A DNA stretch of 64,000 nucleotides from Candidatus Tayloriibacteriota bacterium (GCA_943354385.1 CALRBR010000003.1:1926-65925); one strand, 5' to 3'. Shown: positions 19,703-30,220, counted from the stretch's first letter. Translations and numbers: made by a program. The notes: generated by a model from the letters alone, not told the origin.

Positions 19703-20830
19703 ATGAAAATATTACTAACTGGTGGTGGCACAGGCGGACATTTTTACCCAATCATTGCAATTGCGACAGCCATCCGAGCTGTTGCTCGGGAGGAGAAGGT
19801 TATCGCACCGCAAATTTATTATATGGCGGAGACTCGGTACGATAGCCGAGTACTTTTTGATAACGAAATTATTTTTGTACCTGTTTCTGCTGGCAAAATA
19901 CGAAATTATTTTTCCATATTAAATTTTTTTGATTTATTTAAAACAGCTTGGGGAGCGATCCGGGCAACTATAGATATGTTTAGTATTTACCCAGATGTGG
20001 TGTTTGGAAAGGGTGGGTATGTCAGCTTCCCAGCTCTTTTCGCAGCACGAATCTTGCGTATACCAGTAATTATTCACGAGTCTGATAGTACTCCAGGTAA
20101 GGTCAATAAATGGGCGAGTAAATTTGCACAGAAAATCGCTGTGTCCTACAAAGAGGCTGCGGACGATTTTCCACCAGGTAAAGTGGCGTTTACTGGTAAC
20201 CCAATTCGTTCTGAATTGATTACGCCACTCAAAAACGGTGCGCATGAATTTCTTAAACTTGATCCAGATATACCGACATTACTTATTATTGGGGGCTCGC
20301 AGGGCTCACAAATAATTAACGATACGATTCTAGACATTTTACCTAGCTTGATTGAAAAATATCAGGTTATACATCAGACAGGTAAAAATAATTTTACAGA
20401 TGTATCTGGTCGAGCAAGTATAATTCTACAAAAAAACCCGATGAAGGAACGATATCATCCATATGATTATTTGAATGTTTTAGCGATGCGTATGGTGGCT
20501 GGTATTGCGGAGCTGGCCATATCTCGTGCGGGCTCAACTGTTTTTGAAATTGCTTGTTGGGGTATTCCATCTATTTTGATACCTATTGAGAAATCAAACG
20601 GGGATCATCAGCGTAAAAATGCTTTTAGTTATGCTCGTGAGGGTGGTGCGGTAGTACTCGAAGAGCCAAATTTAACCCCCCATGTACTTTTGGGTGAGAT
20701 TACAAGACTCATGGATAGCAAGCAAATACGTGAAAGAATGTCTCTGAGTGCTAAGTCTTTCGCACATATAGATTCTGCAGTAATTATCGCAAAAGAGATA
20801 GTTTCTATCGCGCTAAGGCACGAAAACTGA
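19703..20830 (+). CDS. murG: Lipid II GlcNAc transferase
   Basis: GGGTGGH, GGYVS, GNPIR, GGSQG, HQRKNA. Confidence 0.96.
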   Translation: MKILLTGGGTGGHFYPIIAIATAIRAVAREEKVIAPQIYYMAETRYDSRVLFDNEIIFVPVSAGKIRNYFSILNFFDLFKTAWGAIRATIDMFSIYPDVVFGKGGYVSFPALFAARILRIPVIIHESDSTPGKVNKWASKFAQKIAVSYKEAADDFPPGKVAFTGNPIRSELITPLKNGAHEFLKLDPDIPTLLIIGGSQGSQIINDTILDILPSLIEKYQVIHQTGKNNFTDVSGRASIILQKNPMKERYHPYDYLNVLAMRMVAGIAELAISRAGSTVFEIACWGIPSILIPIEKSNGDHQRKNAFSYAREGGAVVLEEPNLTPHVLLGEITRLMDSKQIRERMSLSAKSFAHIDSAVIIAKEIVSIALRHEN

Positions 20831-20882
20831 TTATATGCTATACTATCTCTAGTAGGTTTTACTAAGCATTTTTATTAATTAT

Positions 20883-21392
20883 ATGGATACATTCAATACA
20901 CAACCTTCTCCTCTGGGAGAAAACAATAATGTTCAGTATATTTGGGTAATCGGAGGACTTGTTTTAATCGTTCTTATTTTTGTTGGATACCGTATGTACA
21001 ATAAAAATGGCACTTCTAGTGCAGGTACAGATAGTTATAACCAAGAAAGGTCACTAGAAAACATGACTGAAGCCACAGGAGATCTTGAAGTTGAAAATCA
21101 ACTTCCAGGTGACATGATTTATATTTCATCTGTTACCTTGTCACACCAGGGTTTTGTGGAGATCTCAATCACCAAAGGAACAAGTGCAGGTAGGGTAATA
21201 GGATCAAAAGGTTTCCCAGAAGGTAATAACCCTGGACAAATCTCCGTTTCTGAAAGGACTTCGGAAGGTCAGACATACGCTGCTGTTCTATATGCAGACG
21301 ATGGAGATGGAAAGCTTGATGCTACAAAAGACCGAGTACTTGTCAAAAAGACCTTCAGAGCTACCAAGTATCTTGATTATATAAAGGGATAA
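20883..21392 (+). CDS. Hypothetical membrane-anchored beta-rich protein
   Basis: Single TM, beta-strand-like extracellular domain with DDGDGKLD; own -10 and terminator. Confidence 0.75.
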   Translation: MDTFNTQPSPLGENNNVQYIWVIGGLVLIVLIFVGYRMYNKNGTSSAGTDSYNQERSLENMTEATGDLEVENQLPGDMIYISSVTLSHQGFVEISITKGTSAGRVIGSKGFPEGNNPGQISVSERTSEGQTYAAVLYADDGDGKLDATKDRVLVKKTFRATKYLDYIKG

Positions 21393-21420
21393 TCTTTTTC
21401 ATCATAGTAGGAAAGTGACG

Positions 21421-21456
21421 AAACAAAAAATCGCCTTTCGTGGCGATTTTTTGTTT
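21421..21456. terminator. Intrinsic terminator
   Basis: AAACAAAAAATCGCC/GGCGATTTTTTGTTT. Confidence 0.75.
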
Positions 21457-21477
21457 CAAATATGTTATACTAAAAAA

Positions 21478-22836
21478 ATGTCGCTATCAAAAGTTATTAC
21501 TCGTTTTCCACCATCACCGACAGGTTTTTTACACCTAGGTCGTGCTCGTACGGCTCTTTTTAACTATATATTTGCTAAACAGAGCAAAGGCGAAATGGTA
21601 CTCAGATTTGAAGATACTGATTCTGATCGATCAAAAAAAGAGTTTGAAAATGATATGACTGAGTGTCTAAGCTGGCTCGGGATTAAGTATGATGTGGGAC
21701 CATTTTGGCAATCTAAGCGAACAGATATATACAAAAAATATCTCAAAAAAATGATTGATGACGGCTTTGCTTATTTATCAAAAGAAGATCCGACTGAAGC
21801 TGATAGGGCAGAGGGTAGAACCAGAACTGAAGTAATTCGTTTTAAAAATCCCAATAAAAAAATTACGTTTACTGATCTTATTCGGGGCGATATTACATTT
21901 GATACGACAGATTTAAAAGATTTTGTGATTGCCAGGTCTGTGAATGAGCCACTCTACCACCTGGCCGTTGTTGTTGATGACTATGAGATGGGCATTACTC
22001 ACATTATTCGTGGGGAAGACGGCATCTCAAATACACCTCGTCAAATTCTCATACAAGAAGCAATAGGTGCAGGAAGACCTCTATATGCACATTTACCACT
22101 TATTCTCGCAAAGGACAAGAGTAAATTGTCAGGTAGACACGGAGCTGTTTCTGTAAAAGAATATAGGGAAAAAGGTTATCTGCCTGATGCATTGATCAAC
22201 TACCTAGCTCTTTTGGGTTGGAACCCTGGTACTGAGCAGGAAATCTTTAGTCTAGGTGACCTAATCAGAGAATTTAAAATCGAGGGCATCAATAAAGCTG
22301 GGGCTATTTTCAATGATGAGAAATTACAGTGGACGAATAAAGAATATATTAGAAAAATCCCTTTGGTAGAGCAGACGAAACTACTTACTAAATGGGCGCC
22401 GGGACTCATTTCATTAAACACAGAAACTTTGACAAAACTAACACCACTTGTGTTTGAACGTATTAGTATTTTTGGAGAAATTACCCAAATGTTTAATGAT
22501 GGAGAATTCGATTATTTACTAAGTGCACCAACATACGCACCGGAGGTTCTACTCTGGAAAGGGAAGTCAACGACCGAGGAAGTATCTGCGTATCTCTCAA
22601 AATCTATTGAATTACTTTCTTCTGTTTCAGATCAGACATTTGACAGGGTTGTGGTAAAGGAGGCTATTTGGACATATGCCGAAAGTGTTGGTAGGGGACA
22701 GCTTCTATGGCCTATGCGCTACGCACTTTCTGGGCGAGAAAAGTCGCCAGATCCTTTTATCCTTTCAGAATTACTCGGCAAAACAGAGACCCTTAAAAGA
22801 CTCACTCATGCTCGAGATCTTCTTCTCAAAAAATAA
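21478..22836 (+). CDS. gltX: Glutamate--tRNA ligase
   Basis: RFPPSPTGFLHLG (HIGH), LRFEDTD, HIIRGED, KLSGR (KMSKS-like). Confidence 0.95.
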   Translation: MSLSKVITRFPPSPTGFLHLGRARTALFNYIFAKQSKGEMVLRFEDTDSDRSKKEFENDMTECLSWLGIKYDVGPFWQSKRTDIYKKYLKKMIDDGFAYLSKEDPTEADRAEGRTRTEVIRFKNPNKKITFTDLIRGDITFDTTDLKDFVIARSVNEPLYHLAVVVDDYEMGITHIIRGEDGISNTPRQILIQEAIGAGRPLYAHLPLILAKDKSKLSGRHGAVSVKEYREKGYLPDALINYLALLGWNPGTEQEIFSLGDLIREFKIEGINKAGAIFNDEKLQWTNKEYIRKIPLVEQTKLLTKWAPGLISLNTETLTKLTPLVFERISIFGEITQMFNDGEFDYLLSAPTYAPEVLLWKGKSTTEEVSAYLSKSIELLSSVSDQTFDRVVVKEAIWTYAESVGRGQLLWPMRYALSGREKSPDPFILSELLGKTETLKRLTHARDLLLKK

Positions 22837-24127
22837 AACTGTAACTAGAAATAACGCGATTAGCACTATTTATCTTATTGCGTTGTTGTTTGTTTTTTCT
22901 ATATTGTTACCGGCAGAAGCTCAGGGTACTAAATCAGTAGACGAACTCAGAGTATCTATTATAGAAACTCAAAATAAGCGAGCCGATCTCGAACGAGAAA
23001 TTGCCCGTTTTCAGGAACAAATAGACATTCTCGGTAAAAGTGCCAATACCCTTGCCAACACAATCAAGTCACTAGATTTATCGAGAAAAAAAATTGAAGC
23101 AACGATCTCCTTAACCGAGAATAAAATTAAATTAACAAATCTAGATATACAAAGATTGGGTGTCCAGATTGGTCTAAAGAGGGATGCGATTACCGAGGAT
23201 AAAGAAATCATAGCTAAAACATTTCGGGGTGTACATAAAAAGGAATCAACAAGTCTTATGGAGATACTTCTTTCTACAGAATCGATTTCTGGTGTTTCTG
23301 ATGATGTGTATTCCTTGCTTAAAGTACAGGAGGGGATTGCTCTGGTAGTAGAAAACCTGGAAAAAGCAAAGCAAGGACTCGAAACTAACAAAAAAGAGAC
23401 AGAGGGAAAGAAAAAGCATTTGGTAGTCCTGCGTATTGAGCTTAGAGACCAAGTACGAGTGCTTGAAGAAAGTAAAAAAGAAAAAAATAAACTTTTAGCA
23501 GAAACAAAAAATCAGGAGTCCATTTATAAAAGTCTCCTCGCGGAAAAAGAAGCTAAACACGATCAATTTGAGAGGGAATTGTTCCAATACGAATCTGAAC
23601 TTCGCATCGCAATCAATTTAAACGATATACCGTCTGTTGGTTTAAAAGTACTCAAATGGCCTTTAGATAAAGTATTTGTCACCCAATATTATGGAGATAC
23701 ACCCTTTTCTAAAGAATATAATGCATACAACGGCAAGGGACACAACGGCATAGACCTAAGAGCTTCTGTTGGTACAAAGGTAAAAAGTGCACTCGGTGGG
23801 GTAGTCAAAGGTACAGGAAATACAGATGCTGCGAAAAGTTGCTATTCTTATGGTAAATGGGTACTAATTGAACATGCAAATGGCCTTTCTACGGTGTATG
23901 GGCACCTATCTTATATTAGTGTACAGGCAGGTCAATTGGTGGCGACCGGTGATACTATCGGCTATAGCGGTAATACTGGGTATTCATTTGGACCCCATTT
24001 ACACTTAGGTGTGTTCGCTACCGAGGGTGTTCGAATTACCCGAAATCTCAAAAGTAAATACTGCAGTACAGTCGATATGCCGAGTGTCAGTATTAACGCA
24101 TACCTAAACCCACTTTCGTATCTTTAA
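22808..24127 (+). CDS. Coiled-coil M23 peptidase (EnvC-like murein hydrolase/activator)
   Basis: Signal/TM, long coiled coil, HNGID, YGHL, GPHLH; start uncertain. Confidence 0.88.
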   Translation: MLEIFFSKNKTVTRNNAISTIYLIALLFVFSILLPAEAQGTKSVDELRVSIIETQNKRADLEREIARFQEQIDILGKSANTLANTIKSLDLSRKKIEATISLTENKIKLTNLDIQRLGVQIGLKRDAITEDKEIIAKTFRGVHKKESTSLMEILLSTESISGVSDDVYSLLKVQEGIALVVENLEKAKQGLETNKKETEGKKKHLVVLRIELRDQVRVLEESKKEKNKLLAETKNQESIYKSLLAEKEAKHDQFERELFQYESELRIAINLNDIPSVGLKVLKWPLDKVFVTQYYGDTPFSKEYNAYNGKGHNGIDLRASVGTKVKSALGGVVKGTGNTDAAKSCYSYGKWVLIEHANGLSTVYGHLSYISVQAGQLVATGDTIGYSGNTGYSFGPHLHLGVFATEGVRITRNLKSKYCSTVDMPSVSINAYLNPLSYL

Positions 24128-24205
24128 TTCGTTTTTTAGATGCGATGAACATTGTTCACAGTTGCGATCTAGTATTTGAGGTTTGAGTCTAGTATTATAG
24201 GTCAT

Positions 24206-24535
24206 ATGGTACACACACATAGTGTTCAAAAAAAGGGTTTTATCAAACTAATTATAATTATTGTTATTGGTTTAATTGTACTCGGTTATTTCGGGTTTGA
24301 TATAAAAAAAATTATTGATTCGCCGACGGTAAGCAAAAATTTGACCTATACCAAAGATTTAGTGGTAGGTGTATACCAAAAGTATCTTGCAAGACCAATT
24401 GACTATCTTTGGAACAATTTTTTTTTAAATCTTTTGTGGTCAGGATTTATAGATAACCTAGAGCGCATTAAAAATAATAAGCCCTCGGATATCTATAAGT
24501 ACGCACCCAGAGCTCTACCATTCCCAGTCACTTGA
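24206..24535 (+). CDS. Hypothetical membrane protein
   Basis: QKKGFIKLIIIIVI prepilin-like N-terminus (no E5). Confidence 0.7.
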   Translation: MVHTHSVQKKGFIKLIIIIVIGLIVLGYFGFDIKKIIDSPTVSKNLTYTKDLVVGVYQKYLARPIDYLWNNFFLNLLWSGFIDNLERIKNNKPSDIYKYAPRALPFPVT

Positions 24536-24794
24536 GTTCAGGAGACCATAACGCAGTCATGCAAAGTAACGAGAACACCGAGAGGGGCCTTTACTATCAC
24601 TTGGACGTAAGGAGTATATATGTCTAAAAGATATATTGTGCGACATCTTTACTTTGGGAACTATTAGGTGTTTAAAACCTCGGGCACTACCTTCCCTAGC
24701 AATACATTTGGATGCCCTAATCTAGGTTGGGACAAGTTTGTAATTTCCTTGTAAATCATATTTGCAATTATATCTCAGAACACATTACATACTT

Positions 24795-24838
24795 ACAATA
24801 AAATACACCGGCCATAAGTGGCCGGTGTATTTTATTGT
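24795..24838. terminator. Bidirectional terminator
   Basis: 20-bp perfect stem ACAATAAAATACACCGGCCA/TGGCCGGTGTATTTTATTGT. Confidence 0.8.
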
Positions 24839-24842
24839 TACT

Positions 24843-25313
24843 TTATCTTACCGCTATTTGGGCACTTACTTTCTTTCCCCAACATGGAGATGAAGCTGAC
24901 CAAGGGGCTGTCCCCTTTTTGTCATAGAGGTACTTTCCATATGCAAGATTACCTTCCACAGAGTAAATATTGTAACCAAGCTTTTTTGCTGGCTCTGCGT
25001 GATAATACTCATTGATCTGCATGAGTCCAACATCGGCTGGGTTTTCAATTCCACGCATGACCTTACCGTTCTTAGTGAACTGAGTAAAGGTTGATTCACA
25101 ACGAGATACTTCTGCGAGAATTGGTGTGTCTTTATAGTACTCACGAACATACGTTTTAATATCAGCAATAGTTGCTCGCTTTTCAGTAAGCATCTGTTCT
25201 TTTGCAATTATTTCAGCTTTTGTCTGTATCGGAGCAGTAGAGTCCAGAGTTGCTGGAGACCCCGCATAGACGGCAGACATAAGCATCATTAGACTTGTAG
25301 TTAATTCAATCAT
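24843..25313 (-). CDS. Secreted lysozyme-like/lytic transglycosylase domain protein
   Basis: RCES catalytic Glu, VGLMQIN, GTAPW..S..CW. Confidence 0.8.
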   Translation of the reverse strand: MIELTTSLMMLMSAVYAGSPATLDSTAPIQTKAEIIAKEQMLTEKRATIADIKTYVREYYKDTPILAEVSRCESTFTQFTKNGKVMRGIENPADVGLMQINEYYHAEPAKKLGYNIYSVEGNLAYGKYLYDKKGTAPWSASSPCWGKKVSAQIAVR

Positions 25314-25531
25314 AAAGGTTTAAAATGAAAACACCAGACCGAAATCTGATGTGTATCCATTATAGCACCTTCCTTTACTTTTGTCAATGATTTACAATAT
25401 AAAAATGGCTGTGTCAAACACCAGAAAATAGCCTAGAATAAGACTAAAATGCTTGACAACACCCCTAAAACGTCGTACATAGTATAGCGCTCGTTTAGGA
25501 ATAGATTCTTGAAGTTTTTGGTTAAAAATGA

Positions 25532-26437
25532 CTACTTTGAAATGCCTAATCTATCCGCGTAAATCTGCTCACATTTGTCACTACAAAAGGCTTCTCCTGA
25601 GCTTGCGAGGCAATTTTTACAGCTGATAAAGTGCCTGTGACACATTATGTAGGCACAGTTTACATAATTTTCAGAAGATGAGGCGCATCGTAAGCACTTA
25701 CCTACAATCGTGCGCTTTTCGTCTGGTGTGAATGTCATTCCTACACGATTATCAAAAACATAAAGCTTTCCCTGAAAATCATCGTTCTTATACTTTTCCA
25801 TATAACTCACAATACCGCCGTCGAGCTGGTATACATCTTTGAAACCTTGCTTTACGAGATAGCCAGAAGCCTTTTCACAACGGACGCCACCAGTACAGAC
25901 AGTTAAAACAGTTTTTTCTTTAAGAGGTTCAAGAGTCGGTAATACCTTAGGTAGATCACGAAAATTTTCAAGAGGAGGTAAAATAGAATCTTTAAAATGA
26001 CCGATCGCATGCTCATAATCATTTCTCATGTCTACTATCTCAAACTCCTTACCTTCCGCGAGCCATTTATGAAGCTCCTCAGGGGGCAGATGTTTACCCG
26101 TCACTTCTGTTGGGCTAAAATTTTGTTCGCCAAGACCAAGTGTAACTATTTCGTCTCTGACCTTAATTGAAAGCTTCGAGAAGGCCTTCCCTGTTCCCTC
26201 ACTTTTCTTTATATGAGTATCTGTAAATCGAGAGTCTCTTAAAAGATGCCTAATGTATAGATCAATATTTGAATCGGTACCCTCAAATGTCATGTTAATA
26301 CCCTCATGAGCAATAATACCTCGTCCAGTTAGACGAAGTTTGGCGCATATAGCCTTTTGAGTACCCATAAGCGCTATGGGATCTTCTACATATGTATATT
26401 TATAAAATAAAATAATTGTGTGGTCAGATTCAATCAT
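25532..26437 (-). CDS. trhO: Rhodanese-domain tRNA U34 hydroxylase (TrhO/UPF0176)
   Basis: LFYKY, AHEGIN, DMRNDYEHAIGHF, CTGGVRCEKAS, LYVFDNR. Confidence 0.88.
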   Translation of the reverse strand: MIESDHTIILFYKYTYVEDPIALMGTQKAICAKLRLTGRGIIAHEGINMTFEGTDSNIDLYIRHLLRDSRFTDTHIKKSEGTGKAFSKLSIKVRDEIVTLGLGEQNFSPTEVTGKHLPPEELHKWLAEGKEFEIVDMRNDYEHAIGHFKDSILPPLENFRDLPKVLPTLEPLKEKTVLTVCTGGVRCEKASGYLVKQGFKDVYQLDGGIVSYMEKYKNDDFQGKLYVFDNRVGMTFTPDEKRTIVGKCLRCASSSENYVNCAYIMCHRHFISCKNCLASSGEAFCSDKCEQIYADRLGISK

Positions 26438-26461
26438 AGCAAAAGTACTATAGCATTTTCC

Positions 26462-27463
26462 TTATCTTTTCGGAATGGTTTCAAGAATCTTCTCTAGTCT
26501 TTTGAAAAGGGTGAGTCTGCTTGACTCAGTGATTTGTATTTCCCTATTTCTTACATCTAATAGTTTTGAAATCTCGTCATGAGGATTTTGTACCGAACTA
26601 AACGCTTCAAAAAGATTCTTTTTTAATACTATAAGGCTCGCATGCAAACTTAGTCTTATTACGCGAGGAGAAACACCCTCCATACAGTCATTTTTTGCAG
26701 TAGCTAAGGATTTCGAAGTAATGTCCTCAAAACCAGAAAGGTTCTTGCTAATCTTCTTTTGGTATATATCTATCGCATCCCTGGCACCGAGACTTACTGA
26801 GTCTGTTGACAGATCTGCCTTTTTTCTCGATTCATTTATTACCATCATAATTTCTGTTTGTAGTGCACTCAGCTGAGTGTACGATGTTGAAGTAGCTAGT
26901 GAATTTTTTAATCTGGTAAAATATGTCCCAATTTGTTCATCACTAAGATTTCTATTTCGCTCAACTTTCTTTTCTCGAAACAATTTTTCTGCCGAAATAG
27001 TTCTCGCCTGTTTTTCAAATAAATCTGCTATCTTTATCTTCGCATCACCTACTCTCTTAGTTAGGAGCTCTGAATAGGTTGAAAGTTTTGAACAAAATGT
27101 CTTTTTGTCATTACCCGGAAGAGTATTTATCGTGTCTTCAATTTTCACCAAATGATTAGTAGTAATATCTGGTATACTCGAGGTCGCAAAAGTATCATCA
27201 CGCGCTACAGACGATTCGAAGGAATTTACTTGTAAAACTGTTGCTATCAAAAACTCGAAATCTGAGCGAGCTTTCCTAGATAACAATGGCTCATCGATTT
27301 GTGGTATTGAAGAGGCTGTGGATATGACATTACTTAAAATCGATGGCAGAGCAACAACATCTTTTTTCGAATAAAAGATAATTAGAGACAAAATAATCAG
27401 GACAGCAAAACCAAATGTTATATGCGTGGTGGAAATTGAGCGTTTTATTTTTCTTGAAATCAT
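26462..27463 (-). CDS. Membrane-anchored helical hypothetical protein
   Basis: N-terminal TM, long helical region; FC and AKxxCxxG motifs shared with 48226..49074. Confidence 0.75.
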   Translation of the reverse strand: MISRKIKRSISTTHITFGFAVLIILSLIIFYSKKDVVALPSILSNVISTASSIPQIDEPLLSRKARSDFEFLIATVLQVNSFESSVARDDTFATSSIPDITTNHLVKIEDTINTLPGNDKKTFCSKLSTYSELLTKRVGDAKIKIADLFEKQARTISAEKLFREKKVERNRNLSDEQIGTYFTRLKNSLATSTSYTQLSALQTEIMMVINESRKKADLSTDSVSLGARDAIDIYQKKISKNLSGFEDITSKSLATAKNDCMEGVSPRVIRLSLHASLIVLKKNLFEAFSSVQNPHDEISKLLDVRNREIQITESSRLTLFKRLEKILETIPKR

Positions 27464-27473
27464 ACAAACAAGG

Positions 27474-27956
27474 TTAGAGAACAAAAACGAGGAATGTGAC
27501 CAGAAATGAAATCGCAAGTATGCAATTTATTACCATTCCTACAAAAGTACCAATGAGGCTACCCGTAGCAGCTTTTAAGGCCAAGTTTTGATTGCGATGC
27601 GCCATAAATTCTGCAATTAGGACTCCACCAAATAGTCCTAGGAGGCCACCAAGTGGAAAAAAGAGCACCGTACCGACAATAATGCCGACAAAACCATAGA
27701 TGATAGATTTTTTTGAGGCTCCTCCATACTTTGCACCAACAATGCCAGACAGTGTATCTACCAGCATCGAAAGAAGCACGATCCCGGCAAGTATAGCTAA
27801 TCCTGTTAGGGATATATGGACAAACCCATCAAACAAAGCAAATGCTGATGCAACAAAAAGCATATACCAGAGTGCTGGAAAGGCAGGGATGAATACCAAA
27901 AAGATTGCTGGCACAAGCAGTAGGGATGATATGATAAGAAAAATTGAGTAGTACAT
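27474..27956 (-). CDS. DUF456 (YqgC-like) membrane protein
   Basis: GAKYGGASK..GLLGLFGGVLIAEF; own ATG at 27956. Confidence 0.85.
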   Translation of the reverse strand: MYYSIFLIISSLLLVPAIFLVFIPAFPALWYMLFVASAFALFDGFVHISLTGLAILAGIVLLSMLVDTLSGIVGAKYGGASKKSIIYGFVGIIVGTVLFFPLGGLLGLFGGVLIAEFMAHRNQNLALKAATGSLIGTFVGMVINCILAISFLVTFLVFVL

Positions 27957-28487
27957 ATTATTTTTTTTATGTTTAATAAAATAATTTCGACTGACTAATT
28001 TATGCATGTCAGAAATTTTGTCTAGAAACACCACCCCGTTTACATGATCATTTTCATGCTGGACCAACCACGCAAGCATTCCTTTTGCAGAAAGTTTAAA
28101 AGGCTTGCCATACATACCAAGGGCTTCAACCGTCACTGCCTGAGCAAGTTTTACTGGCCTAAAAAGCTTTCCGTAGGCAATACTCCCACACCCTTCGTAG
28201 CCCACAACCTGTTTCTTTAAATACGAACGAATTCGGGGGTTAATAAAGACATACAGGGGGCATGTATCGAGGTCTTTTCGAGCTTTGATTTTTCGAAGCT
28301 CGACTACAAAGATACGCGTGCTGCTTCCGATTTATGGCGCCGCCATACCGACGAGCCCCATAGATCTCAGAGAGTCAGTCAAATCTTTTGCTATTTTACT
28401 AGTTGATAGAGCCGAGGGCTTTTTAATCTCATTTGCAATATTCCTTATCACCGGCTCTTTTATTTGTATTGCTTTTTTAATAGCCAT
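27957..28487 (-). pseudogene. def: Peptide deformylase, in-frame TAA at codon 52
   Basis: GLVGMAAP*IG, FINP, EGCGS, QHENDHVNG all in one frame; no stop before the DUF456 gene. Confidence 0.88.
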
Positions 28488-28744
28488 AAATAATTGATAG
28501 CAGAAATTCTTAGATTAATATTTAGATCGCAACTTAAACCAGACACGCGGTGATTTAAATACACTAATGGCACAGAGAACTAGCCCCAACAATCAACCAC
28601 TTTTATTATTGAATTATACCAAAAAATGATCAAAAATACTAGGAAATAAATAGTGTAATTTAATATTATCACATATAAATAAAAAAGTACGCTCACATCA
28701 ATTGTGCTACGTACTTGTGCGAGGCTAGGCCTCAACTGCTTTCG

Positions 28745-30118
28745 TCAGGTTCCCGTCGGACCGGGCAAAACCCTGAACTTGATCTCGGGATTCATCCCGG
28801 AGATCTTGATCAGGTTTGAGCCCGTCCGCTCGGCGAGGAACTTTGCGAATAGCTTCCCCAGGTTGCTCTGCTGGAGAGTCTCCCTGTCCTTGACGTAATC
28901 GTCATTGTCGGCCAAATCCTTTGCATGATGCGCGAGGAAGAGGTCGAGTGCCGACTGCGCCACTGCTATGTCTTCCTGGGTTTTGACGTCCACTGCGAGG
29001 GAGTATTCCCGAGTGATCACCTGACCACCCTTTGATTCCCGCGAGTCAAACTTTCGGAAGGTCCAACCAATCCCCCAACCACGGTCTTTGAGTCCCTTAT
29101 CCAGGGTGACCGTATTGATGTGCTTCACGAGCACGCGACCAGCCTTGAATGCCGGAGCCTTCGGTGCGGGAACGACTTGCGTTACTTTCGTGGGAGGCTG
29201 AACCTCGGCCGGCGGAGTCGCAGGCGCCTTCTGGGCCTTCACTTTCGCCGGTTGCTTGGGAGCAACAGGTGGAGCGGGGGCTAGCGCAGGTGCGAGCGTA
29301 GCGGGCTTCGGGGTCACGATCACTTTGGTCGGGACTGCCGACGTCAGTGTCCCAGTTGTCACGTTGGTGATGGTAAATGTCACGGGTGTGGGTTGCACAA
29401 CCGTCACATTCGTCACCACATTCTGAATGGTCACCGGCGGGGTTGCCGCAGGTGCCACATTCACAATGTTCGTGACAGCCGACGCCTGCACCGTAAAGGT
29501 CGCCGTTGAGGGCGCGACATTGACGATGTTGGTGATAGTGGGAACCTGCACTGTCGTGTAGTTCGTCACATTCACCACCGGCGGTTTCTGCGTGGAGATC
29601 TTCTCCAGCAGTTTCAGTTGGCCTTCGCCAACTTTCGCAAACCGTTCGAACACAGCGAGCTTGCTGTCGAGTTTTTCAGCCTTCAAGGCTTGCTCGCGTT
29701 GCTTCTCGATGTGTGCGCGGTCAGCCTTGGTCGTCGCCGCTTGGGCGTCGCTCAGGGCCATCTGGCGTTTGTGCACATCGCGGAGCTCTTGCTCGATCTG
29801 CTTCTGCACTGTCGTCTCGTGAAGAGTCGGCGGGACAGGAACGGGATTGGCAACAAGCACCGGAGCCGTGTCTTGCTTCTTGAGCGAAGCCAAGGAGTCA
29901 TGGCCGTTGGTCACGATGTAGGTGAACACGCAAGCCACCACAGCGAGAAACAGGACGGTCATGATAACCGCAAACATGTTCTTCTCTTTCTGCTTGGGGT
30001 TCGGGCTGACCGTGGGATCCCCGATGCCGAGCCAATGATTGTAGGCCCAGGCGCCGAGGACGGTGCAGAACACGACGAAGGCGGCCATCTGGAGGAGGAG
30101 TGACAGGGTGGAGTTCAT
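28745..30118 (-). CDS. High-GC orphan membrane protein with T/V/N/P-rich stalk
   Basis: 457-codon ORF, two N-terminal TMs, coiled coil, repeated TNIVNVAP; own promoter. Confidence 0.8.
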   Translation of the reverse strand: MNSTLSLLLQMAAFVVFCTVLGAWAYNHWLGIGDPTVSPNPKQKEKNMFAVIMTVLFLAVVACVFTYIVTNGHDSLASLKKQDTAPVLVANPVPVPPTLHETTVQKQIEQELRDVHKRQMALSDAQAATTKADRAHIEKQREQALKAEKLDSKLAVFERFAKVGEGQLKLLEKISTQKPPVVNVTNYTTVQVPTITNIVNVAPSTATFTVQASAVTNIVNVAPAATPPVTIQNVVTNVTVVQPTPVTFTITNVTTGTLTSAVPTKVIVTPKPATLAPALAPAPPVAPKQPAKVKAQKAPATPPAEVQPPTKVTQVVPAPKAPAFKAGRVLVKHINTVTLDKGLKDRGWGIGWTFRKFDSRESKGGQVITREYSLAVDVKTQEDIAVAQSALDLFLAHHAKDLADNDDYVKDRETLQQSNLGKLFAKFLAERTGSNLIKISGMNPEIKFRVLPGPTGT

Positions 30119-30220
30119 AGAATTTCAGGAGTTTCCGAGTTTTCCGAGTGTTTGTTGACCGACGTTAACCGAAACCGATTGAATTGTGAAGGTGCCCTAC
30201 ACAAGTAGGCCCAACCCTAA

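Noticed and set aside
28332-28334. Stop-codon recoding (TAA read as Gln, or genetic code 25)
   Set aside because: TAA and TGA end many intact genes here and no other conserved gene has internal stops; a point mutation is simpler
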